Shown one piece after another: positions 9,345 through 20,354 of a DNA stretch of 45,665 bases. The stretch comes from Acidimicrobiales bacterium (lineage in GTDB: Bacteria; Actinomycetota; Acidimicrobiia; Acidimicrobiales; RAAP-2). The stretch spans positions 1 through 45,665 of the forward strand of contig JBAUSF010000098.1 in the NCBI GenBank assembly GCA_049581565.1, given 5' to 3'. The position numbers were made by a program, and so were the translations under genes. The notes beneath the pieces are model-generated. The model searched no databases. It saw only the letters and a program-made list of their open reading frames with translations, and had not been told where the DNA came from. Positions within the stretch are counted from its first letter, which is position 1; every line of letters starts with the position of its first letter.

Positions 9345-10553
9345 ATGCCCGAAGCCGTCATCGTCGCCACCGCTCGTACCCCTATCGGACGGGCGTTCAA
9401 GGGCTCGCTCGTCGACATGCGACCCGACGACCTGACCGCAATCATCGTGCGTGCACTCTTTGAGAAGGTGCCCGAACTCGATCCCCACAGCGTCGAAGAC
9501 CTCATTCTCGGCTGTGGCCAGCCGGCCGGCGAGTCGGGATTTAACATCGCGCGCGTCGTAGCGATCCTCGCCGGTCTCGACGACGTGCCCGGCGTCACGG
9601 TCAACCGCTACTGCTCGTCTTCGCTCCAGACGATTCGCATGGCGGCCCACGCCATTCGCGCCGGCGAGGGCGACATCTTCATCTCGGCCGGCGTCGAGAC
9701 CGTCTCGCGCTTCGGTAGCGGCGCGTCGGACAGCGGGCACAACGTGAACCCGCTCTTTCACGACGCGCTCGAGCGCACGAAGTCACGCTCGGAGAAATAC
9801 ACCGAGCCCTGGACGCCCCAGCCCGGTCTCCCCGACATCTACATCGCCATGGGTCAGACCGCGGAGAACGTCGCCGAATTCGAGCGCGTCTCTCGCGAGG
9901 AGATGGACGAGTTCGCGGTGCGCAGCCAAGAGCTCGCGGTGGCGCACCAAGAGAACGGCTTCTTCGAACGCGAGATCATCCCGGTCACGTTGCCCGACGG
10001 CACCGTCGTCGCCAAAGACGACGGCCCGCGCGCCGGCACGACACTGGAAAAGCTCGCGAGCCTGAAGCCCGTCTTCAAGGAAGGCGGCACCGTGACCGCG
10101 GGCAACGCCTGTCCGCTCAACGACGGCGCGGCCGGAGTCATCGTGATGAGCGACACCCGCGCGAAGGAGCTCGGTATCAAGCCGCTCGCGCGCATCGTCG
10201 CGAGTGGAGTGAGCGGCCTCAACCCCGAGATCATGGGGCTCGGTCCGATTGAGGCGTGCCGCCAGGCACTCGGGCGCGCGAAAATGAGCATCGAGGACAT
10301 CGACCTCGTCGAGATCAACGAGGCCTTCGCGGCCCAGGTCATCCCGAGCGCGAAGCACCTGGAGATTCCCCTGGAGAAACTCAACATTCGCGGCGGGGCC
10401 ATCGCGCTCGGTCACCCCTTTGGCATGACCGGTGCCCGCATCATGACGACGCTGCTCAACTCCCTCGAGGACGCGGACAAGCGATTCGGACTTGAGAGCA
10501 TGTGCGTCGGCGGGGGCCAGGGCATGGCCATGATCGTCGAGCGACTGGACTAG
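9345..10553 (+). CDS. Acetyl-CoA C-acyltransferase (thiolase)
   Basis: VNRYCSSSLQ (catalytic Cys), NEAFA, GHPFG, MCVGGGQG; AGGAGG SD before ATG 9345. Confidence 0.95.
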   Translation: MPEAVIVATARTPIGRAFKGSLVDMRPDDLTAIIVRALFEKVPELDPHSVEDLILGCGQPAGESGFNIARVVAILAGLDDVPGVTVNRYCSSSLQTIRMAAHAIRAGEGDIFISAGVETVSRFGSGASDSGHNVNPLFHDALERTKSRSEKYTEPWTPQPGLPDIYIAMGQTAENVAEFERVSREEMDEFAVRSQELAVAHQENGFFEREIIPVTLPDGTVVAKDDGPRAGTTLEKLASLKPVFKEGGTVTAGNACPLNDGAAGVIVMSDTRAKELGIKPLARIVASGVSGLNPEIMGLGPIEACRQALGRAKMSIEDIDLVEINEAFAAQVIPSAKHLEIPLEKLNIRGGAIALGHPFGMTGARIMTTLLNSLEDADKRFGLESMCVGGGQGMAMIVERLD

Positions 10554-10556
10554 CTC

Positions 10557-11774
10557 GTGGCGACGCCGGTCGAAGAGCTCGACCTGGCGACACTCACCAC
10601 CCGCTTCGGCGGCGACCCCGAGGCCGACGTCGCCGGTCTCGCGGGTGCCTCACGTCACGGCTGGCTCGCCAAGTTCGCCTTCGGCTACGTCGTGCTCGCC
10701 TACGACGACGTGGCGAACCTCCTGCGTGAGCGCCACCTCCACCAGGCTTCCCAGCTCGTCGCGCAGCTCTTCGCCGGTGAAGGCACCGCACTCGACGATC
10801 TCGACCGCAACGGGCTCTTGAGCGCCGAGGGCGAACGCCACGCGCGGCTGCGCCGGCTCGTGGCCGCGCCCTTCGCCCCTCGAGCAATTGACCGTTTGCG
10901 GCCCTTCATGCGCGAATTCGCCGCAGAGATCGCCGAATCGGTCGGCGATGGCTCGAAAGAGTTCGTCGTCGACGCGCCGGTCGCGCTCTCGCGGTATCCA
11001 ATAGCCGTGATCTGTCAGCACCTGAACGTCGAACGCGCCGACTGGGACCTCTTTTCGCGCTGGGCCGAAACGACGTTTCTCATCTTCTCGTCAGAGGTGA
11101 GGGGAAACGAAGATCGCATCGTGCGCGAGTCGAGGGAGTTCTCTCGCTTCATCACGGCCCTCATCGACGAACGTCGCAACGACCTCGGCGACGACCTCAT
11201 CAGCTCGCTCATCGTCGCCGAGCAAGAGGGTGACCGCCTGAGCACACCGGAGATGGTGAGCCTCATCCAGGGCATCATCGCTGCGGGCACGGACACGACG
11301 CGCAACCAGCTCGCCACGTCCCTCGCGCTGCTCTCCGGACGCCCCGACCTCTGGGCGTCGCTCGACGACGAGGAGCTGGTCGCCGGAGTCGTCGAAGAGT
11401 CGCTTCGCTACTTGAACCCGATTCGTTTTGTCATTCGCCAAGTGCACGAGCCCTTCGAATACCGCGACGTCGCCTTCCGTCCCGGCACCCTGCTCGCCTT
11501 CAGCCTCGCGGGCGCGAACCGCGACGAGGGGCGCTTTCACGACGCCGAGCGCTTTGACCCGCGTCGAAGCGGCGCGCGCGACCACCTCACCTTCTCTTCA
11601 GGGATACACCACTGCCTCGGGGCCGCGCTCGCCCGGGCCGAACTCGCCGAAGCGCTGATCGCGCTGCGAGCGCGCTGGGTTTGCATCGAACCGGCGGGAG
11701 AAGTCCGTTGGAAGGATTCGGCGCTCGCCGTGTGGGGGGCCGAGTCGGTACCGCTGCGGGTGACGACGACTTAG
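10557..11774 (+). CDS. Cytochrome P450
   Basis: I-helix AAGTDTT, EESLR (ExxR), heme motif FSSGIHHCLG; starts 3 nt after the thiolase stop. Confidence 0.95.
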   Translation: MATPVEELDLATLTTRFGGDPEADVAGLAGASRHGWLAKFAFGYVVLAYDDVANLLRERHLHQASQLVAQLFAGEGTALDDLDRNGLLSAEGERHARLRRLVAAPFAPRAIDRLRPFMREFAAEIAESVGDGSKEFVVDAPVALSRYPIAVICQHLNVERADWDLFSRWAETTFLIFSSEVRGNEDRIVRESREFSRFITALIDERRNDLGDDLISSLIVAEQEGDRLSTPEMVSLIQGIIAAGTDTTRNQLATSLALLSGRPDLWASLDDEELVAGVVEESLRYLNPIRFVIRQVHEPFEYRDVAFRPGTLLAFSLAGANRDEGRFHDAERFDPRRSGARDHLTFSSGIHHCLGAALARAELAEALIALRARWVCIEPAGEVRWKDSALAVWGAESVPLRVTTT

Positions 11775-12001
11775 GCGACCGGGCCCGTGAGGCGGGCCTT
11801 GGAATCTTCGTTGAAGAGGCGCTCTTCCTCCTCGCTCACCGGGCGAGATTCGTCGGGGAGCATCACGGGAATCGAGTCGCGCACCTCGTAGGCAACGTGC
11901 AGGCGCGGGTTGAAGAGGACGTCCTTGGAGGGGACGTAGAGCAGGACCCCGTGATCGACCGGGTCCTCTAACAGGTCGAGGAGAAAATCATCGAGCGCCA
12001 T
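11771..12001 (-). CDS. Trm112-family (YcaR-like) protein
   Basis: LLDLLEDPVDHG..YEVRDSIPVMLPDE pattern; TGATG coupling to manB, its usual neighbour. Confidence 0.85.
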   Translation of the reverse strand: MALDDFLLDLLEDPVDHGVLLYVPSKDVLFNPRLHVAYEVRDSIPVMLPDESRPVSEEEERLFNEDSKARLTGPVA

Positions 12002-13350
12002 CAGCCAAGCTCCCTAATCATCGCCAGTACCTCGTCGACGTGCCGGCGCAAGGACTCGTCGTCCTTCGCCTCCACGTTAAGGCGCAGCAGCGGTTCGGTG
12101 TTCGAGGGACGAAGGTTGAACCACCACGTGCCGTAGTCCGCCGTCAGGCCGTCGAGAAGATCGATCGAGACGCCCTCCGCGCTCAGCTTCACGCGGGCTC
12201 GTTCGACCGTCGCCCTCGGGTCCTTCACCTCGGTGTTGATCTCCCCCGAATCGGCGTAGCGCTGGAAGGGGCGCACGAGCTCAGAGAGCGGACGCTCGGA
12301 CCGGCTCATGAGCTCGAGCACGATGAAGGCGGTGATGATCCCCGAGTCCGCGCGGTAGTTGTCGTGGTAGTAGTAGTGCCCAGAGTGCTCGCCCCCGAAC
12401 ACGGCACCGGTCTCGGCCATGGTCTGTTTGATAAAGCTGTGCCCGACGCGGGTTCGAACCCCCCGTCCGCCCTCTTCCTTGATGACTTCAGGCACCGCCT
12501 TTGAGCAGATGAGATTGTAGAGAACGGTCGCGCCCGGGTGGCGGTGCAACATGGCGGCCGCGACCATCGCCGTCGTCGTCGATCCGCTGACCGGCCGGGC
12601 CTTTTCGTCGATGAGAAAAACGCGGTCGGCGTCGCCGTCAAAGGCGAGACCCACGTCCGCGCCCGTCTCGAGGACGCGACGCTGGAGGTCGCGGAGGTTC
12701 TCGGGGTTGATCGGATCGGCCGGGTGATTCGGAAACGACCCGTCGAGCTCACCAAAGAGGATCTCGAGGTCAAAGGGAGTCCCGGAAAAGACCAGGGGGG
12801 CCACGAAGCCCCCCATGCCGTTCGCCGTGTCCGCGACGATCTTCAATGGTCGAAAGTTGGACACGTCGACGAAGGAGTGCACGTGCTTGACCCACTCCTT
12901 GGTGAGATCGAGCTTCGAGTACGGGGCGAGTTCGCCGGTCGCGGGCACCTCGTAGAACGTGTGGGTCATCGCCTCGATCTGATTGAGACCCGATTCGGTA
13001 CCGACCGGTTTCGCGCCCGCGAGGCAGAGCTTGATGCCGTTGTACGCGGCCGGGTTGTGCGAGGCGGTGAACATCGCGCCCGGCACGCCGAGGTATCCCG
13101 AGGCGAAGTAGAGAAAGTCCGTCGACGCGAGTCCGAGATCGACGACCTCGGTGCCAACGGATCGCGCTCCCTTGGCAAACGCGCCCGAAAGCGCTTCGCC
13201 CGAGGCGCGCATGTCGCGAGCAATGACGATCTTCGGGGCGTTGGCGAACGTGGCGAACGCCGAGCCCACGGCTTCTGCCATGCGTTCATCGAGCTGATCG
13301 GGGTAGGTGCCGCGAACGTCATAAGCCTTGAAGATTGCGGTCGTATCCAC
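12001..13350 (-). CDS. manB: Phosphomannomutase/phosphoglucomutase
   Basis: IFKAYDVRG, TASHNP, FDGDADR, GGEHSGH, RPSNTEP. Confidence 0.95.
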   Translation of the reverse strand: MDTTAIFKAYDVRGTYPDQLDERMAEAVGSAFATFANAPKIVIARDMRASGEALSGAFAKGARSVGTEVVDLGLASTDFLYFASGYLGVPGAMFTASHNPAAYNGIKLCLAGAKPVGTESGLNQIEAMTHTFYEVPATGELAPYSKLDLTKEWVKHVHSFVDVSNFRPLKIVADTANGMGGFVAPLVFSGTPFDLEILFGELDGSFPNHPADPINPENLRDLQRRVLETGADVGLAFDGDADRVFLIDEKARPVSGSTTTAMVAAAMLHRHPGATVLYNLICSKAVPEVIKEEGGRGVRTRVGHSFIKQTMAETGAVFGGEHSGHYYYHDNYRADSGIITAFIVLELMSRSERPLSELVRPFQRYADSGEINTEVKDPRATVERARVKLSAEGVSIDLLDGLTADYGTWWFNLRPSNTEPLLRLNVEAKDDESLRRHVDEVLAMIRELG

Positions 13351-13361
13351 GAGTGGTCAGT

Positions 13362-16151
13362 CTACCGACGGGCGATTCGGCGCCGGCGAAGCGCCACCAC
13401 GAGGGTCACGAGCCCGGCAATGACGGTGAGGTCACTCACCGCGTTGCCGAACGAGACGATCGGCGTGTTCCCGTAGACGAGCGACACGTTCTTTGACGTC
13501 GGCACGACGACCATCAAGTTGGGGCTCACTCGATAGGGCCCCGTCGCACCCGTTGCCTGCCAGCGCGGGTAGTAGGAGATCTTCACGAGCATCGGCACGC
13601 CGATTCGACTCACGTGGAACGAGATCGACTGCAGTCCGACCTTGACGCGCGTGACGTTCACGCTCGGCAGCGCGGCGCTTGGCCGCATCGTCGTCACGCT
13701 CAGCGCACGGGGCCACGAGGGCGGCCCGGACTGTGCGGCGTAGATCGACCACATACCTGGCGTGATCCACCAGGTCTGGTTCGCGTTGAGCCAGTTCGCC
13801 ATGCCGGCGATGTTGTCAACGACGTTGGGCGTCTCCTTCAGGGATTGAACGATCGGACTGTTCTTGATGAGATACACGCGCCACTGCGCGCCCGGCGCCG
13901 GCCAAGTCTTCGTCTCGGCGACGAGCTGGAGGTCGGGGTCCTTCGCCGCCTGGGTGAACACGGCGGGAGAGAACGCGAGGTAGTACTTGACGCCGAGGAT
14001 CTGGAGGTGCTCCACGCCTTCACTCACGTCGAGCGGTCCGTATTCGAGGCCGACCTGGGGGTCGCTCGGGGCGACGCTCAGCTCGGACTGGTCGAGGTAG
14101 TGGTAGGGAGTCGTCGGGGAAGACTCCATGAGGAGACCCTCCATCGAACCGACGCAGTTGTTCGTCCAGTACGGCAGGAGCATGAGGGCCTCGGGCGTGC
14201 CGAAGCGATTCTCCGTTGCGGCATACTCCCACATCGCCCGTCCGCACCCGTAACGCGCGGCGACCTTGGTCATCGTCGTGATGATGTCGTGGTACTCGGG
14301 CCACGAGGCCTTCGCCTGATAGCCCGAGTAGTTCCACTCGGCCCAGCTGCTCACCTGGTTGCCCCCGGTCGCGAGATGCACGTCGTTCGCGAGTGGCGTG
14401 ACAAGGCCCGGCAGCGTCGAGAGCAGCCCGAGCAACGCAACGGCGCTCGTCGCGCGAATCACCCTCGAGCGCCGCGACGGGTCGCTCGTGACGTCGGGTC
14501 CACTCGGCACTGCCGCCGGTTCGTCGACGTCACCCACCCGTGCAGCGTCAGCTGTCGCACGGTCCTCCACTTCGTTGCCGACGAGAACGGGAACGCCCGA
14601 ATCCTCGGCGTAGCCAATGTTGCTGCCCGCGACGTAGAAGGGCACGCTTCGGTGGCGACGCGGTACGCGATTCGCCCAGCGCCAGGCGAGGTACCCGACG
14701 AGCCAGCCAGCCACGAGATGGATTGAGATGAACCAAAAGGGGATGAGACGCTGGTTCCATATCGCGCTCTGAGGGTCGAGCACGAAGGTCCAAAACGACA
14801 GCACCGTGAGCGCGCCGAGCACCATGCCGAGCCGGTCGCGCACGGCGAACGCGACGACCGTGGCCACCAGCGCAAGAACGATGATCCACCGGTCGCCCGC
14901 GGCGCCGCCGGTCGCGTTGAACCATCCGAGCGTCGAGAAGATCGCCCGCATGCTCGAGACGCTGACGTTCTGGTACCCGAGCGAGTCCGAGAGCGACTGG
15001 CTCGTCGCAAAGGGGAAGAGCCACCACGCCGAGAACCCGAGCGAGAGCAGTCCCGCCCCGATGGTGAATCGCAGCGGCCGCGAATAGTCACCCTGCCCCT
15101 TGACGCTCGGACGCGGGTCGTCACCGCGGCGAAGGAAGAGTTCGAAGGCGATCATTGCGAGGATGGCCGCGAAGGCGAAGCGCAGCGCCACGAACAGCGA
15201 GGCAATCGTCACGGCCGCGCCGAAGACCACGAGCCAGTACCCGCGACGCGAGTAGTAGGACTGCCACGCGCGCGTCAGGGTGAACAGCGCGAGGAGCACG
15301 CTAAAGAGAACCGAGTACGTCGCTTCTCTCGACGAGAGGAACCCCGTGGCGTTCGTGGAAGCCGCCGTGTCGAAGAAGAACGGGACGAAAGCGAGACAGA
15401 GCAGTCCGACACCCACGGCGAACGGGTTCGGTCGACCCTCGAGCTCGCCGTGTCGTACCGGTCCGCCGACGCCGCGCCGGTAGAGCAGCTCAAACACGAC
15501 GAGGACCGCGATGGCTCCGAGTGCGAACAGCCACGGGAGCACGTGCGCCGCCAGCGTGAGGCTGAGTCCAATCGCCGCGAGCCAATAGCCCTTGCCCGTG
15601 CGTACGCCGCGCGCGAACAGACCGATCGTGAGCAGTGCCAGCGCAAGCGACAGCGAGAATTCGTACTCGCCCGCCATCGTGGAAAAGAGGTTGCCGCCGT
15701 CGATCGTGAAGGTGGCGTCAAACAGAAAGGGAAGCGTCGCCATTGCGAGCGCCACCGGAATCGGCCGCGGCGCGCGAAAGAGCCGTCCCATCGCGTAGGC
15801 GGTCACCGGCATCAGCACCGAACCGAGGACGGTCGCGAGCTTGAAGGCGACCGCGAAGCCGATCACGTAGCTCGCGAAGGTCGCGAGCACGTCGGGCAGG
15901 ATGAAGTAGTAGGTGTAAGCGGGAAAGCCGGCGAACCATCCCGGATCCCACGGCGTGAAGTTAAAGACGTTGCCAGTTGTCTTCAGGTACGCCGGCATCG
16001 CCAGGTGCGATCCCGTGTCGCCACCCGTGGGCAGCGAAGGAGAGACGAGGAGATTTGGGTGCAGCGACCAAATCGTGATCACGATCACCGAAGCCACCAG
16101 GGCTGCATCGAGGACGCGTTCCGCCGTCCAAAATGCTCGCAGTCGACCCAT
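13362..16151 (-). CDS. Large polytopic membrane protein, 6-pyruvoyl-tetrahydropterin-synthase-related membrane family (GT-C-like)
   Basis: GGDTGSH after TM1, W.PGWFAGFPAYTYYF, many TMs, extracytoplasmic domain (WNYSGY, GRAMWE, EGLLMESS) ending ISYYPRW...VSPNLMVVVP plus a terminal TM. Confidence 0.75.
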   Translation of the reverse strand: MGRLRAFWTAERVLDAALVASVIVITIWSLHPNLLVSPSLPTGGDTGSHLAMPAYLKTTGNVFNFTPWDPGWFAGFPAYTYYFILPDVLATFASYVIGFAVAFKLATVLGSVLMPVTAYAMGRLFRAPRPIPVALAMATLPFLFDATFTIDGGNLFSTMAGEYEFSLSLALALLTIGLFARGVRTGKGYWLAAIGLSLTLAAHVLPWLFALGAIAVLVVFELLYRRGVGGPVRHGELEGRPNPFAVGVGLLCLAFVPFFFDTAASTNATGFLSSREATYSVLFSVLLALFTLTRAWQSYYSRRGYWLVVFGAAVTIASLFVALRFAFAAILAMIAFELFLRRGDDPRPSVKGQGDYSRPLRFTIGAGLLSLGFSAWWLFPFATSQSLSDSLGYQNVSVSSMRAIFSTLGWFNATGGAAGDRWIIVLALVATVVAFAVRDRLGMVLGALTVLSFWTFVLDPQSAIWNQRLIPFWFISIHLVAGWLVGYLAWRWANRVPRRHRSVPFYVAGSNIGYAEDSGVPVLVGNEVEDRATADAARVGDVDEPAAVPSGPDVTSDPSRRSRVIRATSAVALLGLLSTLPGLVTPLANDVHLATGGNQVSSWAEWNYSGYQAKASWPEYHDIITTMTKVAARYGCGRAMWEYAATENRFGTPEALMLLPYWTNNCVGSMEGLLMESSPTTPYHYLDQSELSVAPSDPQVGLEYGPLDVSEGVEHLQILGVKYYLAFSPAVFTQAAKDPDLQLVAETKTWPAPGAQWRVYLIKNSPIVQSLKETPNVVDNIAGMANWLNANQTWWITPGMWSIYAAQSGPPSWPRALSVTTMRPSAALPSVNVTRVKVGLQSISFHVSRIGVPMLVKISYYPRWQATGATGPYRVSPNLMVVVPTSKNVSLVYGNTPIVSFGNAVSDLTVIAGLVTLVVALRRRRIARR

Positions 16152-16900
16152 CAGTGCCCCGCCCGCTGGTACAAGAGCGCAACGACGGCCGTTGCGTTGA
16201 ACGAGGCGTGAGTCACGTAGCTCGGCACGAGCCGCCTCGTGCGGTAGACGACGAGCGCGAGCACGACACCGAGCGCCGCGAGTCCGACGAACTGGAGCGC
16301 CTCACCATGGGCGAGTCCAAACAAGACGGCGCTCACGATGACCCCGATCACCACCGCGGCCCGCTGGCTAAGGCCAGTGAGCCCCTCGGCGAGCGATCGG
16401 AAGATGACCCCGCGAAAGAGCCACTCTTCGAAGAACGGCGCGAGGAGCGTCGTCATGAGGGCGATCACGACGAAACCGGGACCGTGTGCTGCTTTAAAGA
16501 GGTGGTTCTCCGGCTTGCTGAGCGACTTGAAGTGAAAGGGCTCGTACGCAAGATCGACGGCGAACTGGCACGCGACTCCGAGGAAGATATACAGCGCATC
16601 GCTCGGTCGTGGCCGCCACTGATCGGGGAGCGCTCGCAAGTGTCCTTCTCGATGCGCGAAGAAGATCGCCGCGCCAAAGCCGATCCAGAGTCCGACGAGG
16701 GCGACGGCATTCGCCCACGCGGGGGGATTTGCCGTCTTCGTCAGCGCCGAGAACCCACCCGGGTAGTGCGCGAGCGATGCACCGACGGACTCGAACAGCG
16801 CCGCAAGGATCTGACCAACTAAGAATCCAATAAAACTCGCTATCAGGATTGCCGCGACGCGAGGCCGATCGGCCCGTTCTGCAAGGAAAGGTGAACTCAA
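16151..16900 (-). CDS. CPBP (Abi/CAAX-type) intramembrane glutamic endopeptidase; start uncertain (TTG 16900 assumed)
   Basis: APFFEEWLFRG (EExxxR), FGLAH, HASFN motifs; TGATG coupling to the downstream gene. Confidence 0.9.
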   Translation of the reverse strand: MSSPFLAERADRPRVAAILIASFIGFLVGQILAALFESVGASLAHYPGGFSALTKTANPPAWANAVALVGLWIGFGAAIFFAHREGHLRALPDQWRPRPSDALYIFLGVACQFAVDLAYEPFHFKSLSKPENHLFKAAHGPGFVVIALMTTLLAPFFEEWLFRGVIFRSLAEGLTGLSQRAAVVIGVIVSAVLFGLAHGEALQFVGLAALGVVLALVVYRTRRLVPSYVTHASFNATAVVALLYQRAGH

Positions 16901-16961
16901 AAGGTAACGCTTTCGACTCGAGGTTATACACAGGCCCAAACGACTTGTCGCCGATCACCTC

Positions 16962-16967
16962 TAGATT
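16962..16967 (+). promoter_or_regulatory. Putative -10 element (TAGATT), leaderless ftsH transcript
   Basis: TANNNT hexamer 6 nt upstream of GTG 16974 with no SD. Confidence 0.55.
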
Positions 16968-16973
16968 AGATAC

Positions 16974-18962
<1,989 letters not shown>

Positions 18963-18977
<15 letters not shown>

Positions 18978-20354
18978 GGTCGCCACGACGTAGAGCCCGC
19001 GAGGGTGACTGGGCTGGGTGAGCGACAAGACGAGAACGGGCTTCGTCGTCGAGATGAGGTAGGTGTCGTCGGGCTGGGCCATGAACGACGACGTGAGACT
19101 CGAGAGTTTCTCGGTCGCCCCGCCCGCGAGGGTCACCCCACCCGCGACGGTCACCACGTTGGGGTCTGACGAGTCGTATGACACGAGGGTCAAGGTGACG
19201 CTGCGCGTGGAAGCGTTGGTCACCGACGCTGCGTCGAACCCGAGACCGCTGAAGTTGCGCACGAGGTATGCGTCACTCGGCGCCTGGGGCGACGTGAGGG
19301 CGATCCACTTCTCAGTCCCGGTCGCCAGTCCGCTGACCACCGGCACATTCGAGCGCAGCGTGAGCGTCGCATAGCCGGCGACAGGGATGGCGGGGTTCGG
19401 GGTGATCGTGATGAGGCCCGTGCTGAAGGGAGGGACGGTCGTGGTCTGTCGCGGTACCTTGAAGTTGCCGAGTTTCACATCTACCGTGACGTTGGCCGCG
19501 GTGCCGTTAGGGTTCGCGACTCGGATCTCGGCTGTTGCCGACTGCGCCGTCGTCACGTTGGGAAACCACGCATCCTTCGACTTCGCGTAGAGACCTTGGT
19601 CGTAGGAGAGCGTGCCGTGGGAGTCCTGGACGCCCACGATCTCGAGGGCGCCACGCAGGACTTTCACCCCCACCCCGATGTTGGCGGTATTGACGACCTG
19701 CTGGCCGAGATCAAGGTCAAGCTCAGAGTGCGCGGGTACCGAGACGCCCTGAAAGGCTTCGGGCGCGGAGAAACCGTTAGCGGTGTAGACCGATACGTTC
19801 ATGACGGCCGGGGTGCCGGTCGGGTTGTAGACGCTGACGTTCGCGCTCGAGCCGACGAGCGTGTCAAAGCCCGTCGCGAACCAGCGCGTGGTACCGGCCG
19901 ACGCGCACGGCACTTCAGCGTGGCCGCCGGCGGCGACCTCTTCGGCGACGACCCCGCCGCCCGAGATCTCGACACCGACGCCGTAGGAGACGACGTAGGG
20001 AACCCTCGCCTTCGGTCGAAGCGGTGGCCGGTCGAGCGTGCCCGGCACGAGGTTCCCGGAAGCGTGAGCAGCGAGTGTGAGGGTTCCGCTCCAGGTCTTG
20101 CCACGACTCGATACGACGTTCACGTGGAGAGTGCGTGACGAGTTGGCCGTGTTGTAGAAGGAGACCTCGCCCGCGCCCGGTCCACTGGAAAGGCCCGTGC
20201 AGTAGAGCGCCGTCGACTCGGCGTTGACCGACACCGAGAGACCGCTCGGCAGGGCCGACGGGTTGGTTGGATGATGCAGCGTGGTCGCGAGTCCGGTCCC
20301 GACGAGCGCGATCACCAAGATGACGAGCACAGGAATTCGTCGCAGGCTACTCAT
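18963..20354 (-). CDS. DUF5719-like membrane-anchored extracellular beta-rich protein
   Basis: N-terminal TM, LYC...VPC Cys pair, repeated YN/NP beta-sandwich units; overlaps the large GT2 gene, its usual partner in actinobacteria. Confidence 0.7.

Noticed and set aside
16151..16900. Abortive-infection defence or bacteriocin immunity system
   Set aside because: CPBP/Abi is a misleading family name; no defence genes or precursor peptide are adjacent.
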